From a virus: 64,000 nucleotides of DNA. The translations under genes were made by a program, and so were the position numbers. Shown here piece by piece: positions 8,926 through 17,675 of the stretch. The stretch's first letter is position 1, and each line of letters starts with the position of its first letter. The notes under the pieces were generated by a model. That model was given only the letters and a program-made list of their open reading frames with translations. It was not told where the DNA came from and did no database searches. The stretch covers positions 1 to 64,000 of IMG/VR virus record IMGVR_UViG_3300029711_000003. The stretch is one strand, 5' to 3'.

Positions 8926-9478
8926 GATAGTTTATTTAACATCTAAGCGTTTCGATAAGCCGTCAAGCGAGTTCAAGAAAGCACTTGCCGATGAGCTACG
9001 CAAGAGAAATGTAGAAGTGGTAACAGATTATTCGTATGACTGGTTAAATCACTTCAGAAAGCATAAGACTTATGGAATTGCCATAGCTTTTGACTTTTAT
9101 AGGGATGGAAAAGAAGGGTGCGGGTTGACGTTGAATAAAAACTGTTCTTACATAAGCAGAGATTTTGCTTACAATCTTTCCAATGTATATGACCTTTTGA
9201 CGCCATCTATACATTGGAGAGATTTTAAGTTTGTAGATTCATACGATACAGAATGGTTTAAGTTTTTCAATAGAATAAGTGCTTCAACAAAAGCAATCTT
9301 CTATCTTTGTACTTTGAACAATCCTTCTGATTGGAATAACTATTCCATAGCAATTGAAGATATAGTAAGACATTTTGCTGATGAGATAGTACGTTGTTTA
9401 CGCTCCAATTATAATGCCGATGACTACAGAAAAAGAGTAAAATTAGCAAAACTAAGGGTTAATAAAGTTAAACAATAA
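8918..9478 (+). CDS. hypothetical protein
   Basis: 186 aa. The order of motifs loosely recalls the Amidase_3 fold, but I could not find the catalytic His/Glu residues. Confidence 0.45.
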   Translation: MCKIVYLTSKRFDKPSSEFKKALADELRKRNVEVVTDYSYDWLNHFRKHKTYGIAIAFDFYRDGKEGCGLTLNKNCSYISRDFAYNLSNVYDLLTPSIHWRDFKFVDSYDTEWFKFFNRISASTKAIFYLCTLNNPSDWNNYSIAIEDIVRHFADEIVRCLRSNYNADDYRKRVKLAKLRVNKVKQ

Positions 9479-9482
9479 AGCT

Positions 9483-9983
9483 ATGGGATGGTTTACTGAT
9501 AATGCGTTTGAGATAATATCATTGTTCTTTGGGACAAGCGGTATAGGATATGCCGTTGTAACACGCATAATGAACAAGAAAAAATATCAGCAGGAATTGT
9601 TACAATCTCAAGCTGATATAGATGCTAAGGAGGATGATTTTTGGAAAAAGAGGTACGATGTTTTACAAGCTGAAGTTGATAATAAAGATAGCTGGTGGAA
9701 GGAAAGGTATGACGCTTTGTATGCCGAATATCAAAATGAACGGAAACTAAGCAATGAAATTGTCAAATCATTCCGCACAGAGTTAAATGAAATGAGAACT
9801 GACTACGAGAAGCAGCGTGAGCTTGAAAAAATGAAATATGATAAGCTCATGGAACAATATCGTAGTTTTGAAGAAGAAAGCAAGAAACGTGAAACAGAGT
9901 ATAAACAACGAATTTCACAACTGGAAAAACTGGTTGAAAGTTACGAAAAAAGGTTGAACAAAGAAGATGACAACACAGAGTAA
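9483..9983 (+). CDS. membrane-anchored coiled-coil protein (i-spanin-like architecture)
   Basis: N-terminal hydrophobic helix FEIISLFFGTSGIGYAVVTRI, then a long charged heptad-like region with the internal repeat WKKRYDVLQAEV / WKERYDALYAEY. Confidence 0.45.
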   Translation: MGWFTDNAFEIISLFFGTSGIGYAVVTRIMNKKKYQQELLQSQADIDAKEDDFWKKRYDVLQAEVDNKDSWWKERYDALYAEYQNERKLSNEIVKSFRTELNEMRTDYEKQRELEKMKYDKLMEQYRSFEEESKKRETEYKQRISQLEKLVESYEKRLNKEDDNTE

Positions 9984-10548
9984 AAACATATTGAAATCCG
10001 TATTGATTTTAGCAATTTGCTTTTCGGTAGGGTTTTTTATAGGTTACTTGGTTTTTAGCAAAGATGAGCCAGCTGTCAGACGTATTGTTGAAATAAAATG
10101 GCAAAAAGGCGAAATGGTAAGAGATACGGTTGACCGTCCAGTTCCTGTTGAAACCATAATTCGTGACAGCATACCAGTTCCTATTCCTACGGATACAGCG
10201 GCATTGTTTGCCGTTTGGAAAGATTATTGCTTGGAGAGAAAATATGCTTTGAATTTTTCTAATGATAGCATAGGAACATTCCAAGTAGATGCGGTTGTGA
10301 ATCAAAACAAGCTCATTTCCGCCACTTCTTTAATTCAGCCTAATATCCGTACAGTTTACGAAAAAGAAGTGATTTACAAAAAAGAAAAGTGGGTTCCATG
10401 GGCAATGATTGGCACTTCGGTAGATTTGAAAACCAATAAGGTACAATTTGGCGTAGATTTGAATCAAAAATACGTTATCGGAGTTTCAGGCATACGCATG
10501 GATAACAGATATAGATATACATTAGATTTTGGTATTAAATTCAAATAA
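9967..10548 (+). CDS. single-pass membrane protein
   Basis: N-terminal TM segment ILKSVLILAICFSVGFFIGYLVF, 193 aa. Confidence 0.45.
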   Translation: MTTQSKNILKSVLILAICFSVGFFIGYLVFSKDEPAVRRIVEIKWQKGEMVRDTVDRPVPVETIIRDSIPVPIPTDTAALFAVWKDYCLERKYALNFSNDSIGTFQVDAVVNQNKLISATSLIQPNIRTVYEKEVIYKKEKWVPWAMIGTSVDLKTNKVQFGVDLNQKYVIGVSGIRMDNRYRYTLDFGIKFK

Positions 10549-10556
10549 TAAACAAT

Positions 10557-11547
10557 ATGGGACAGTTAGATGATATTTTGAAACATCAAAACATGGTGTG
10601 CAATAACATCATGAAATCCTTTGGCGCAGAAACTTCGGAAGACAGTTTGGAAAAATCTTTTGAAGATGAAGTCAATCCGTTTGAAATGGAAGCATATAAA
10701 TCCGAGCTAACCAAAGCAGAACTTGATGAGTTTGAAAAAGCTAAACATCAAGACGGAGATATGCACCCCCAACGGTAAATGGGTTTGGCGTCAATCCGCC
10801 AACGGAGGCAAGGGTGACTGGCGTGTAGCGAAACCAGGTGGTAGCAAAGCTACTGCTGGGAGCGCAGCTACTGCAAATAATAAAACAAACGCTATGGCTA
10901 AGACTTCACCCAGTAAACTTTCCGATAAGGAGAAATTCGCTAATATGGATATCAAAGAAGCAAAAAAGAAACTTGTTGGTAAAAATTTAACATTTAAGAA
11001 CTATTGGAGTGATGGAAAGGGCGGAAGTGTAGATGCTACTGGTAAGATTACAAATGTACAGTTGTATGGAAGAAATAAACAACCTTTAGTTTCAGTAGAG
11101 TTTGAAAATGGAGATAGAGCTACAGTTTCTCTTAAACAAATTGATGAAGGTAAAGCAGTAGGATATGATTTGTCATTATCCGATAGTTCATCTGCTTCTA
11201 AACAAACTGGCGATAGCAAATCAGAAAAATCTTCATCTGACAAGAAGAAAGATGCAGAAATTCCAAATGCGGCTCAAGTAGGTATTAGCAATATTATCAA
11301 AAGGACTTTTGGTAAAAATCTGAGTTCACTTAAATTCAAGGGGAAGAAAGTAATTATACAGGTTGATGGTAAAACACATGGAAGTGGTTACAGTTCTTAT
11401 GTTAAATCTTATTACAAAGATGGTAAGATGACAAGCAGAGAGCTTGAAAATTCATATGATAAATCAAGCATGGATACCGTTGAAAAGAAGTTAGGAACTT
11501 TGATTAAATATGTAAATCAAATTGAATTGATAGAGAACTATGACTAA
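10557..11547 (+). CDS. hypothetical protein requiring a +1 frameshift at CCC_C (10767-10771); 0-frame product is 73 aa
   Basis: Frame 0 reads ...GDMHPQR* (10557..10778). Frame +1 from 10771 reads NGKWVWRQSANGGKGDWR... to 11547. The paralogue at 15996 reads GDMHPNGKWVW uninterrupted, with 4 C where this gene has 5. Confidence 0.55.
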
Positions 11548-11725
11548 GAAGGAACATAAGCATAGTCATTTCATTCCTTCTCCTTTTCCAACGGTTACAG
11601 AGTATGAAAATGCTTTCATAAAGTTTTGGAATAAGAATACAGCAGAGGCAGTTGCAGAAGTCTTAAAATATATGGCACGAGCAACTGCCTCTGCTATAAA
11701 AGAAAATAGGGAGGAAAAGAAATGA
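11540..11725 (+). CDS. hypothetical protein
   Basis: 61 aa. Overlaps both neighbours by a few nt. Confidence 0.4.
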   Translation: MTKKEHKHSHFIPSPFPTVTEYENAFIKFWNKNTAEAVAEVLKYMARATASAIKENREEKK

Positions 11726-13749
11726 TATTTACAGCATCACAAATAAGCGATATGCTGTCAATTCTCAAAAAGTATGAATTGATATTTATTGCTAATCAAC
11801 TTGGTACTGATTTTCTAACAGCTGCTGATAAAGCTATTCTATTAGCTGCTGGCATAGACGTTGACCAGTTTAAGAACGCTCAAGGCATTATAGAGCATGC
11901 TTTTCTTTTCGGTATATTAGCGGAAGCCATAGGGGATGCGAGGGCAAAGAAAATGAATTACAAGCAATTTCAGAAGTTCCTGAAGAGCAAGAATTTCATA
12001 CCGCTAACAGAAGAGGAAGAACTGGCATTGCAGAATGTTAAGCAAAGAGCGTACACCGATATAACAAATTTGAGCAACCGTATGGCTGGAGCTTTCCGAA
12101 ACGTAGTATTAAAAAACAATCAAGAGCAACTTCTACTGGCTCAAAAGATAGTACGTGATAAAGCTGTAACGGCAATTGAGCTGCGTCAAGGAGCTACGAA
12201 GTTAGCACAAGAACTTGCTGACGCTGCTCAGAGTTGGGACACAGATTGGTTGCGTGTTGCTTATTACATATTACATGAAGCATACAACACAGGTCGTTCT
12301 CAGAGTATTTTGAAGAATAATGGAGCGGATGCCGAAGTATATTTTGATGTATTTCCAAAGGCGTGTCATAAGTGTAAGGAATTGTATCTTGAAGACCCAG
12401 ATGATGAAAATAGCACACCAAAGATTTTCAAGCTCAAAGACCTTATAGCAAATGGTAATAATATCGGACGTAAACAAGCTGATTGGAAAGCTACGATTGG
12501 ACCAATACATCCATATTGTTTCAATAGTCCTTCAGTTAAGATTTATACATCAAAGGGAGTTAAGAATATTTCTGATATTAAAGTAGGGGATTTGGTATTG
12601 ACTCATAGGGGGAGATATAGAAAGGTAACTAATATAATGGTTAGAGGATATGATTGTGAAATAGAAAATATATATGACCTTTTCTACAGTTTTCCAGGTA
12701 TTGGATATGTCAAAGCAAAAAAGTGTAGAAAGGTAAGGGCAATAACTGGAAACCATCCTGTGCTAACTAAAAGAGGTTGGGTAACGGTTGAAAATTTAAC
12801 CATTGGAGATAAAATATATATACCAGCATTAGTTTGTTCTAAATGCGGTAAAGTTTATCCTATAAATGCTTATTATGATGATAAATATAGCCGTAAATAT
12901 GATAATGATTTATGTTATGATTGTTTAAGAACAAAAATAGCAGAAGAACAGTGGAAGGATGAAAATTTTCATAAGTATATGAGTATCAAAATTACTGAAC
13001 AGATGAAAAAAAGATATGAAAACATGTCTTATGAAGATAGATTGAGAATTAGTAGCAAAGCAAGAAAGGCTATTGCGAAAAAATATCCCAATGGACATCC
13101 ATGGATGAAGGAAGCTATAATAAAAGCAAACAAAACTAATGGTAAGAAAAAAACTTTCATAGAAAGGAAACTATTGTATTTATGTGAAAAATTAGGAGTG
13201 GAAACTGTAACTGGTATGTGTTTGAGGAATAAAGATGGCAAGTTCAGGAATAACGTCACTTGTTATTTTCCTGATATATTTATTCCAAAATTAGGAATTG
13301 TTCTTGAAGCCGATGGAATTCAATGGCATAAGGACAAGGAATATGACTCAAACAGAGATAAAGACATTAAACAATTTTTCGGATATGATACATTTAGATT
13401 TTCAGAAGAAGATATTGTAAATAATGGCGATAAGGTATTTGATGAATTAAATAGAATTTTTAATAATCATGAAGGTAATTATAGAATGATTGAAGTTACT
13501 CTTCATGCTATAAGGCGTAGAATGAGAAGTTCAAGACATTGCAATTTGTTATATAATTTTTCTGTTGAAGAAGATGAAAGTTATATAGCAGATGGCGTTG
13601 TTGTGCATAATTGCCGTTGTATATTGAATCATAAGCCAGAAGGATTTGCTTGGGATGAAAATCTAAGAGCGTTCACCAAGCCTATTAAGAAGGTTTCAAA
13701 TCACCCGAAATTAAAGAACGTGAAGCTGAACATCAAAGTTACTAAGTAA
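11722..13749 (+). CDS. minor head (morphogenesis) protein, MuF / SPP1 gp7 family, intein-containing precursor
   Basis: The extein carries ...FPKACHKCKELY...IGPIHPY + CRCILNH. This reconstitutes the C..C / HPxCRC signature that closes MuF-family domains. Position is downstream of portal. Confidence 0.8.
   Translation: MIFTASQISDMLSILKKYELIFIANQLGTDFLTAADKAILLAAGIDVDQFKNAQGIIEHAFLFGILAEAIGDARAKKMNYKQFQKFLKSKNFIPLTEEEELALQNVKQRAYTDITNLSNRMAGAFRNVVLKNNQEQLLLAQKIVRDKAVTAIELRQGATKLAQELADAAQSWDTDWLRVAYYILHEAYNTGRSQSILKNNGADAEVYFDVFPKACHKCKELYLEDPDDENSTPKIFKLKDLIANGNNIGRKQADWKATIGPIHPYCFNSPSVKIYTSKGVKNISDIKVGDLVLTHRGRYRKVTNIMVRGYDCEIENIYDLFYSFPGIGYVKAKKCRKVRAITGNHPVLTKRGWVTVENLTIGDKIYIPALVCSKCGKVYPINAYYDDKYSRKYDNDLCYDCLRTKIAEEQWKDENFHKYMSIKITEQMKKRYENMSYEDRLRISSKARKAIAKKYPNGHPWMKEAIIKANKTNGKKKTFIERKLLYLCEKLGVETVTGMCLRNKDGKFRNNVTCYFPDIFIPKLGIVLEADGIQWHKDKEYDSNRDKDIKQFFGYDTFRFSEEDIVNNGDKVFDELNRIFNNHEGNYRMIEVTLHAIRRRMRSSRHCNLLYNFSVEEDESYIADGVVVHNCRCILNHKPEGFAWDENLRAFTKPIKKVSNHPKLKNVKLNIKVTK
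12517..13611 (+). mobile_element. intein (365 aa, residues 266-630) with nested Vsr/DUF559-like endonuclease
   Basis: Cys1 (CFNSPSVKIY), block B TxxH (ITGNHPVL), terminal VVVHN followed by the +1 Cys. The interior has a zinc ribbon (CSKCGK...CYDC) and FPDIFIPKLGIVLEADGIQWHKDKEYDSNRDKDIKQFFGYDTFRF. The segment is visibly AT-richer than the exteins. Confidence 0.8.
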
Positions 13750-13760
13750 AAAGAATTGTA

Positions 13761-14438
13761 ATGAAAACTGAAAAATGTTTAATTGTACAGCCTCATTCCG
13801 ATGACGCCTTGTTTTGTTGTTCTCATATACTATTTCAGCCTCAATACGAAGTTCAAGTGCTGACCGTAGAGAATGACCCAAAGCGTATTGCGGAAGATGA
13901 GAAATTGTATGATTTCCTCAATATTCCTTTCTTTCACCTTACAGCCGATTTTCACGATGAGAGCTATTATGGTTTCAATAAGGAATACAAAGAAGTAACT
14001 GTGGAAGCAACGTATAAATATCTACGTGGGTACTTCGGTAGCGATACGATGAATGAAATTGAGGAAATGATTGTAAGTTGGTTAAGGAAGTTTTTGAAAA
14101 ATAATAAGGGGTACAAAGTGATTGCTCCTTGGGGTGTAGGACATCCATTCCATTTGTTTGTTCGTGAAACTATTCAGAGCGCAATAAGCTATATGGAGTA
14201 TTATCGTGAATTTCCGCATTCGTATAAAAGACGTTCTCAAACGCAAGTTAATAAACAATTGGAAGAATATACGTTGAAACGGTCAGTACCAGTTGATGAG
14301 TTTCACGAAGTGAAGTGGAAACTTGCTTCAAAGTTTTACAGGTCGCAGTCGGGATTGCAGTTTTACGAGCAAAACTATATAAAGAAAATGTTGCCCGAAG
14401 AAATTTATATAAGAAACCAAGATGAATTGCCGTTTTGA
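13761..14438 (+). CDS. PIG-L / LmbE-family N-acetylglucosaminyl deacetylase-like protein
   Basis: N-terminal LIVQPHSDDALF matches the (A/P)HPDDE zinc-ligand motif. The later GVGHPFHLFV matches the H-x-x-H region of the family. Confidence 0.6.
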   Translation: MKTEKCLIVQPHSDDALFCCSHILFQPQYEVQVLTVENDPKRIAEDEKLYDFLNIPFFHLTADFHDESYYGFNKEYKEVTVEATYKYLRGYFGSDTMNEIEEMIVSWLRKFLKNNKGYKVIAPWGVGHPFHLFVRETIQSAISYMEYYREFPHSYKRRSQTQVNKQLEEYTLKRSVPVDEFHEVKWKLASKFYRSQSGLQFYEQNYIKKMLPEEIYIRNQDELPF

Positions 14439-14441
14439 TTT

Positions 14442-15893
14442 ATGAAGATATTCATTGCAGATTTTCAGATAGCAAAATATGGTGGCATTGTCGAGTACGT
14501 TGCCAGCATGCTTAAAGCATTCCGAGATTTAGGACATGAAGTGGATGTAGCTCAAATGACACCTGCATCTACTACTCAGAGTGCTTATAACAAGAAAGTA
14601 AAAGAGTTTGAGAGCGGAGAACATCAACAAAAGATAAAGTTCCATTCTCAGGCTGGAGGTTATGAGAAAGATGAGGTAACAGGTTATTGGCGCAATAACT
14701 ATTATGGCTATTTCTTGCCTCCAAGTAACCGTATCGGAGTATATGAAAAGAACGCTGTGGAGAGGTGGAAAGAATTGGTAAGGGATGCTGATATCATTCT
14801 TTGGAATTTCATGCCAACTAAAAGTTCCGCTTGGAATAAGAAAGGCGTTGAATTTGACTTTTGGTGGAAGTTCTTTGATTTACCTTCTTCTATTAAGCAA
14901 GTATTTTTATGCCATGATGCTTATTTCAACGTCAGAGCAAGTAATATATCTGCTCTGAAAGATAAGATATTGTTTATAGCTTGCGCTCACCTTGCAGCGT
15001 ATCAGTGTTGTTCCGAAATAGGGATACCAAGAACGTTGTTATTGAATCCACGTTATTTGCCCGATGGGGCACGTATGCCAATAAGACCCATGCAAAAGAG
15101 AACGGATGACTTTTTTGCTGCACATATGTTTAAGTCTATGAAACATATGGAAGAGTTGATTGCCGCTGTTCCGTATATTCAAAAGGGGAGTGAAGAAAGA
15201 TATTCGGTTAAGATTGCTGGAACTGGCATCGAATATAATTACATGACCAGTGAGACAAAGACAAAGAGTAATTACATGTGCACTCTGAAGCGTGACCCTA
15301 ACTTGCCTAAGAAGATGGATGGCAAAATTTCTCTTTGGGATAGAGCCGTTAAGTTTGGTATGGAGTATATGGGTCAGATGTCGGGCGGTGATGTCATTAA
15401 GACTTTGAAAAATACTAAGTTTGCTATTGACCCATCTTGGGCTGAACATTATGCCAATTATTGTCGCACTCACATAAACGGTTTTATTATCGAAGCTATG
15501 CTGAGCGGTGCTTATCCAGTTTTGCGTGATTATAGGGGATTGGTTAAGAACGGAGATAAGGAAATATATGACCCATTGTTTGAAAACGTCAGAGCAATCA
15601 TTATTCCATGGAATGCTACTCCGAAAGAATTTGCTGAATCATTGAAGAAAGCTATGCAGATGTCACCTGCTAAATTTCTCCGAGATACAAAGGCTAATTT
15701 TGAGCTTGTTTATGAATTATTCAACGCTAAGAAGAATGCTGAAGAAATAGTAAGACTTTGCCGTGGTGGTAAAAAGTTAATCAAAAAAGAGCTTGAAAAA
15801 GGCAAAGATTCAGAAAATGTTAAGAAAATAACAAAAGACATTATGGAGGACTTCTATCATATAGAGCTTCCAATTGAGTGGGAAACAGAATAA
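14442..15893 (+). CDS. GT-B fold glycosyltransferase (GT4-like)
   Basis: The N-terminus MKIF...AKYGGIVEYVASMLKAFRDLGHEVDV is the typical GT4 start. The C-terminal NGFIIEAMLSGAYPVL matches the E-x7-E / EAMA.G.PV region. Confidence 0.65.
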   Translation: MKIFIADFQIAKYGGIVEYVASMLKAFRDLGHEVDVAQMTPASTTQSAYNKKVKEFESGEHQQKIKFHSQAGGYEKDEVTGYWRNNYYGYFLPPSNRIGVYEKNAVERWKELVRDADIILWNFMPTKSSAWNKKGVEFDFWWKFFDLPSSIKQVFLCHDAYFNVRASNISALKDKILFIACAHLAAYQCCSEIGIPRTLLLNPRYLPDGARMPIRPMQKRTDDFFAAHMFKSMKHMEELIAAVPYIQKGSEERYSVKIAGTGIEYNYMTSETKTKSNYMCTLKRDPNLPKKMDGKISLWDRAVKFGMEYMGQMSGGDVIKTLKNTKFAIDPSWAEHYANYCRTHINGFIIEAMLSGAYPVLRDYRGLVKNGDKEIYDPLFENVRAIIIPWNATPKEFAESLKKAMQMSPAKFLRDTKANFELVYELFNAKKNAEEIVRLCRGGKKLIKKELEKGKDSENVKKITKDIMEDFYHIELPIEWETE

Positions 15894-15895
15894 AG

Positions 15896-15904
15896 CAGTT
15901 ATTA
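15896..15904 (+). promoter_or_regulatory. conserved CAGTTATTA element (candidate phage promoter core)
   Basis: Starts 3 nt after the glycosyltransferase stop codon and 52 nt upstream of the ATG at 15948. Confidence 0.4.
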
Positions 15905-15947
15905 TCCTACCATAATATGATTGTGAATAAATTAAACATAACGTGTT

Positions 15948-17675
15948 ATGGTAAAAAATAACGATGTAATTGAAAAGGCGGTGCAGCGTAAAGTAGGCGA
16001 TATGCACCCCAACGGCAAGTGGGTATGGACAGAATACAAGCCAGGAAAATTCGACTGGCGTCCACCTAAGAAAAACGCTGCTGGCGCAGCAGGCGGTAGT
16101 TCTTCGGGGAGTTCTGATACTGGTAAAAAGACAACCGCTACAACGTCAAAGACGACATCTGCTAAAAGCGGTGCGAAGCCTATGGACTCACAGAAGTTGG
16201 TTCAATGGGCTGCTACTACTTCGGATGACAATCTGTTAAAAGTTGCTAATAGCAAGAATGGTAATGCGCAGATGCGTATGATTGCTTACAAACAACTTGA
16301 AAGCAGAGGGTTTGATATGTCAAAGGTTGATACTTCGGGAACGCTGGGTCAGCTTATGAAGATGACTAAGCAAGGAAGTTCAAAGCAAACATCCACTTCT
16401 TCAGGTGATGACGATACGGTAAGCGGAGCAGCCGCAGGAGCATCTGTCGATATAGACGATGATTCAGATGAAGGTGGAGTTGATGGCAGTCAAATCACTG
16501 AGAAGTGGTATCTCAACAAGAACGATGACCGTGTTAAGAAACGCTTCAATCTCAAAACCAAGGAAGGTCGTATCAAGTATGACCAATTTGTTTACAAGGA
16601 GAAAAAGAAAGAGCCTGATTACAAAGACCCAGTTGAAGTCATTCAGGACTTGAATGAACAATACTTGGAGTTTTTGGACAATCCTGAACAGCGTTTCATG
16701 ATTTCCGCAGGTGGAGCTGGTATCGGTAAGTCATATGGCTTTAACAAGATTGCCGAGCTTTTGAACATGAAACCTTTTGAAGAGGGTGACCAGCCAGGTG
16801 ATGATGACTACGATATTTTTGAAGCTCCTGACGTAAATTCAGGCAAGCAATTACTTGGTATTCTCAAGGCTCACAACGGTAAGATTATCGTGTTCGATGA
16901 CAACGACAAGGTATTGCGTAGAGCGGATTGCGCATCAGTAATGAAGAAAGCAACTGCTACTACTGGTAAGCGTATTGTTGGTGACCCTGATGACATTAAG
17001 AGCAACTTTGAGTTTACAGGTCGTATTATGATTATGACCAATAAGGATTTGAACTCACTTGCCGAGAATGAAGATACCAAAGCAATCATTAGCCGTGCTA
17101 TGATGGTATCGGAGATTTACCTCACCGTGCCTGAGCAGATAGAGGTTATGAAGAGCCGTTATCAGGACTATGAATTCAAACAAGCTCCGAGATTGGACGA
17201 TGAAGCAGCCGATAAGAAAGAGCGTGATGAAATCATGTCTTTGATTGAGAAAAATCAAAAGAACATTGACCCTGCTCAGTTCACTACACGTACTTTCCAA
17301 GAAATTCTTATCAATAAACGTAAGGTTGACAACGCCAACGAAAAGCGTAACAATCCTGCTTTTGCTGCCATGATTGGTTCTAAGCAGAAAGACTGGAAGA
17401 AGGTCGCTTTGGACGTTCTGACCAAAGCTGCTATGAATGACTTTGAAGGTGACGCTGTTTCGGATGAACTTGTCAAAGCAGAAGATTTGCTTCTCAATAA
17501 AGCGTATGCTCATGATGCGGACGATGGCGTGAACTATCACGTTGATGACCCAGAGGATATGAACGTTGAGAAAGCGGAAAATCTTTTGTTGAATGATGAG
17601 GAAGAGGATATGGCGAAAGCCAATAGCAACGAAATGAGTATATCAGAAGCCGAAGAAATATTGCTGGGGTTATGA
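15948..17675 (+). CDS. P-loop (AAA-type) ATPase with N-terminal KWVW..DWR motif and S/T/G-rich linker
   Basis: GDMHPNGKWVWTEYKPGKFDWR at residues 17-38. Walker A GGAGIGKS. Walker B KIIVFDDND. IMIMTNKD resembles the AAA sensor strand. The acidic C-terminus has three AE(D/N/E)(L/I)LL motifs. Confidence 0.6.
   Translation: MVKNNDVIEKAVQRKVGDMHPNGKWVWTEYKPGKFDWRPPKKNAAGAAGGSSSGSSDTGKKTTATTSKTTSAKSGAKPMDSQKLVQWAATTSDDNLLKVANSKNGNAQMRMIAYKQLESRGFDMSKVDTSGTLGQLMKMTKQGSSKQTSTSSGDDDTVSGAAAGASVDIDDDSDEGGVDGSQITEKWYLNKNDDRVKKRFNLKTKEGRIKYDQFVYKEKKKEPDYKDPVEVIQDLNEQYLEFLDNPEQRFMISAGGAGIGKSYGFNKIAELLNMKPFEEGDQPGDDDYDIFEAPDVNSGKQLLGILKAHNGKIIVFDDNDKVLRRADCASVMKKATATTGKRIVGDPDDIKSNFEFTGRIMIMTNKDLNSLAENEDTKAIISRAMMVSEIYLTVPEQIEVMKSRYQDYEFKQAPRLDDEAADKKERDEIMSLIEKNQKNIDPAQFTTRTFQEILINKRKVDNANEKRNNPAFAAMIGSKQKDWKKVALDVLTKAAMNDFEGDAVSDELVKAEDLLLNKAYAHDADDGVNYHVDDPEDMNVEKAENLLLNDEEEDMAKANSNEMSISEAEEILLGL

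Noticed and set aside
8918-9478. Possible N-acetylmuramoyl-L-alanine amidase (Amidase_3-like order of segments).
   Set aside because: I could not locate the zinc-ligand His/Glu/His residues: there is no GHGG-like or SxHxN-like motif. The call is left as hypothetical.
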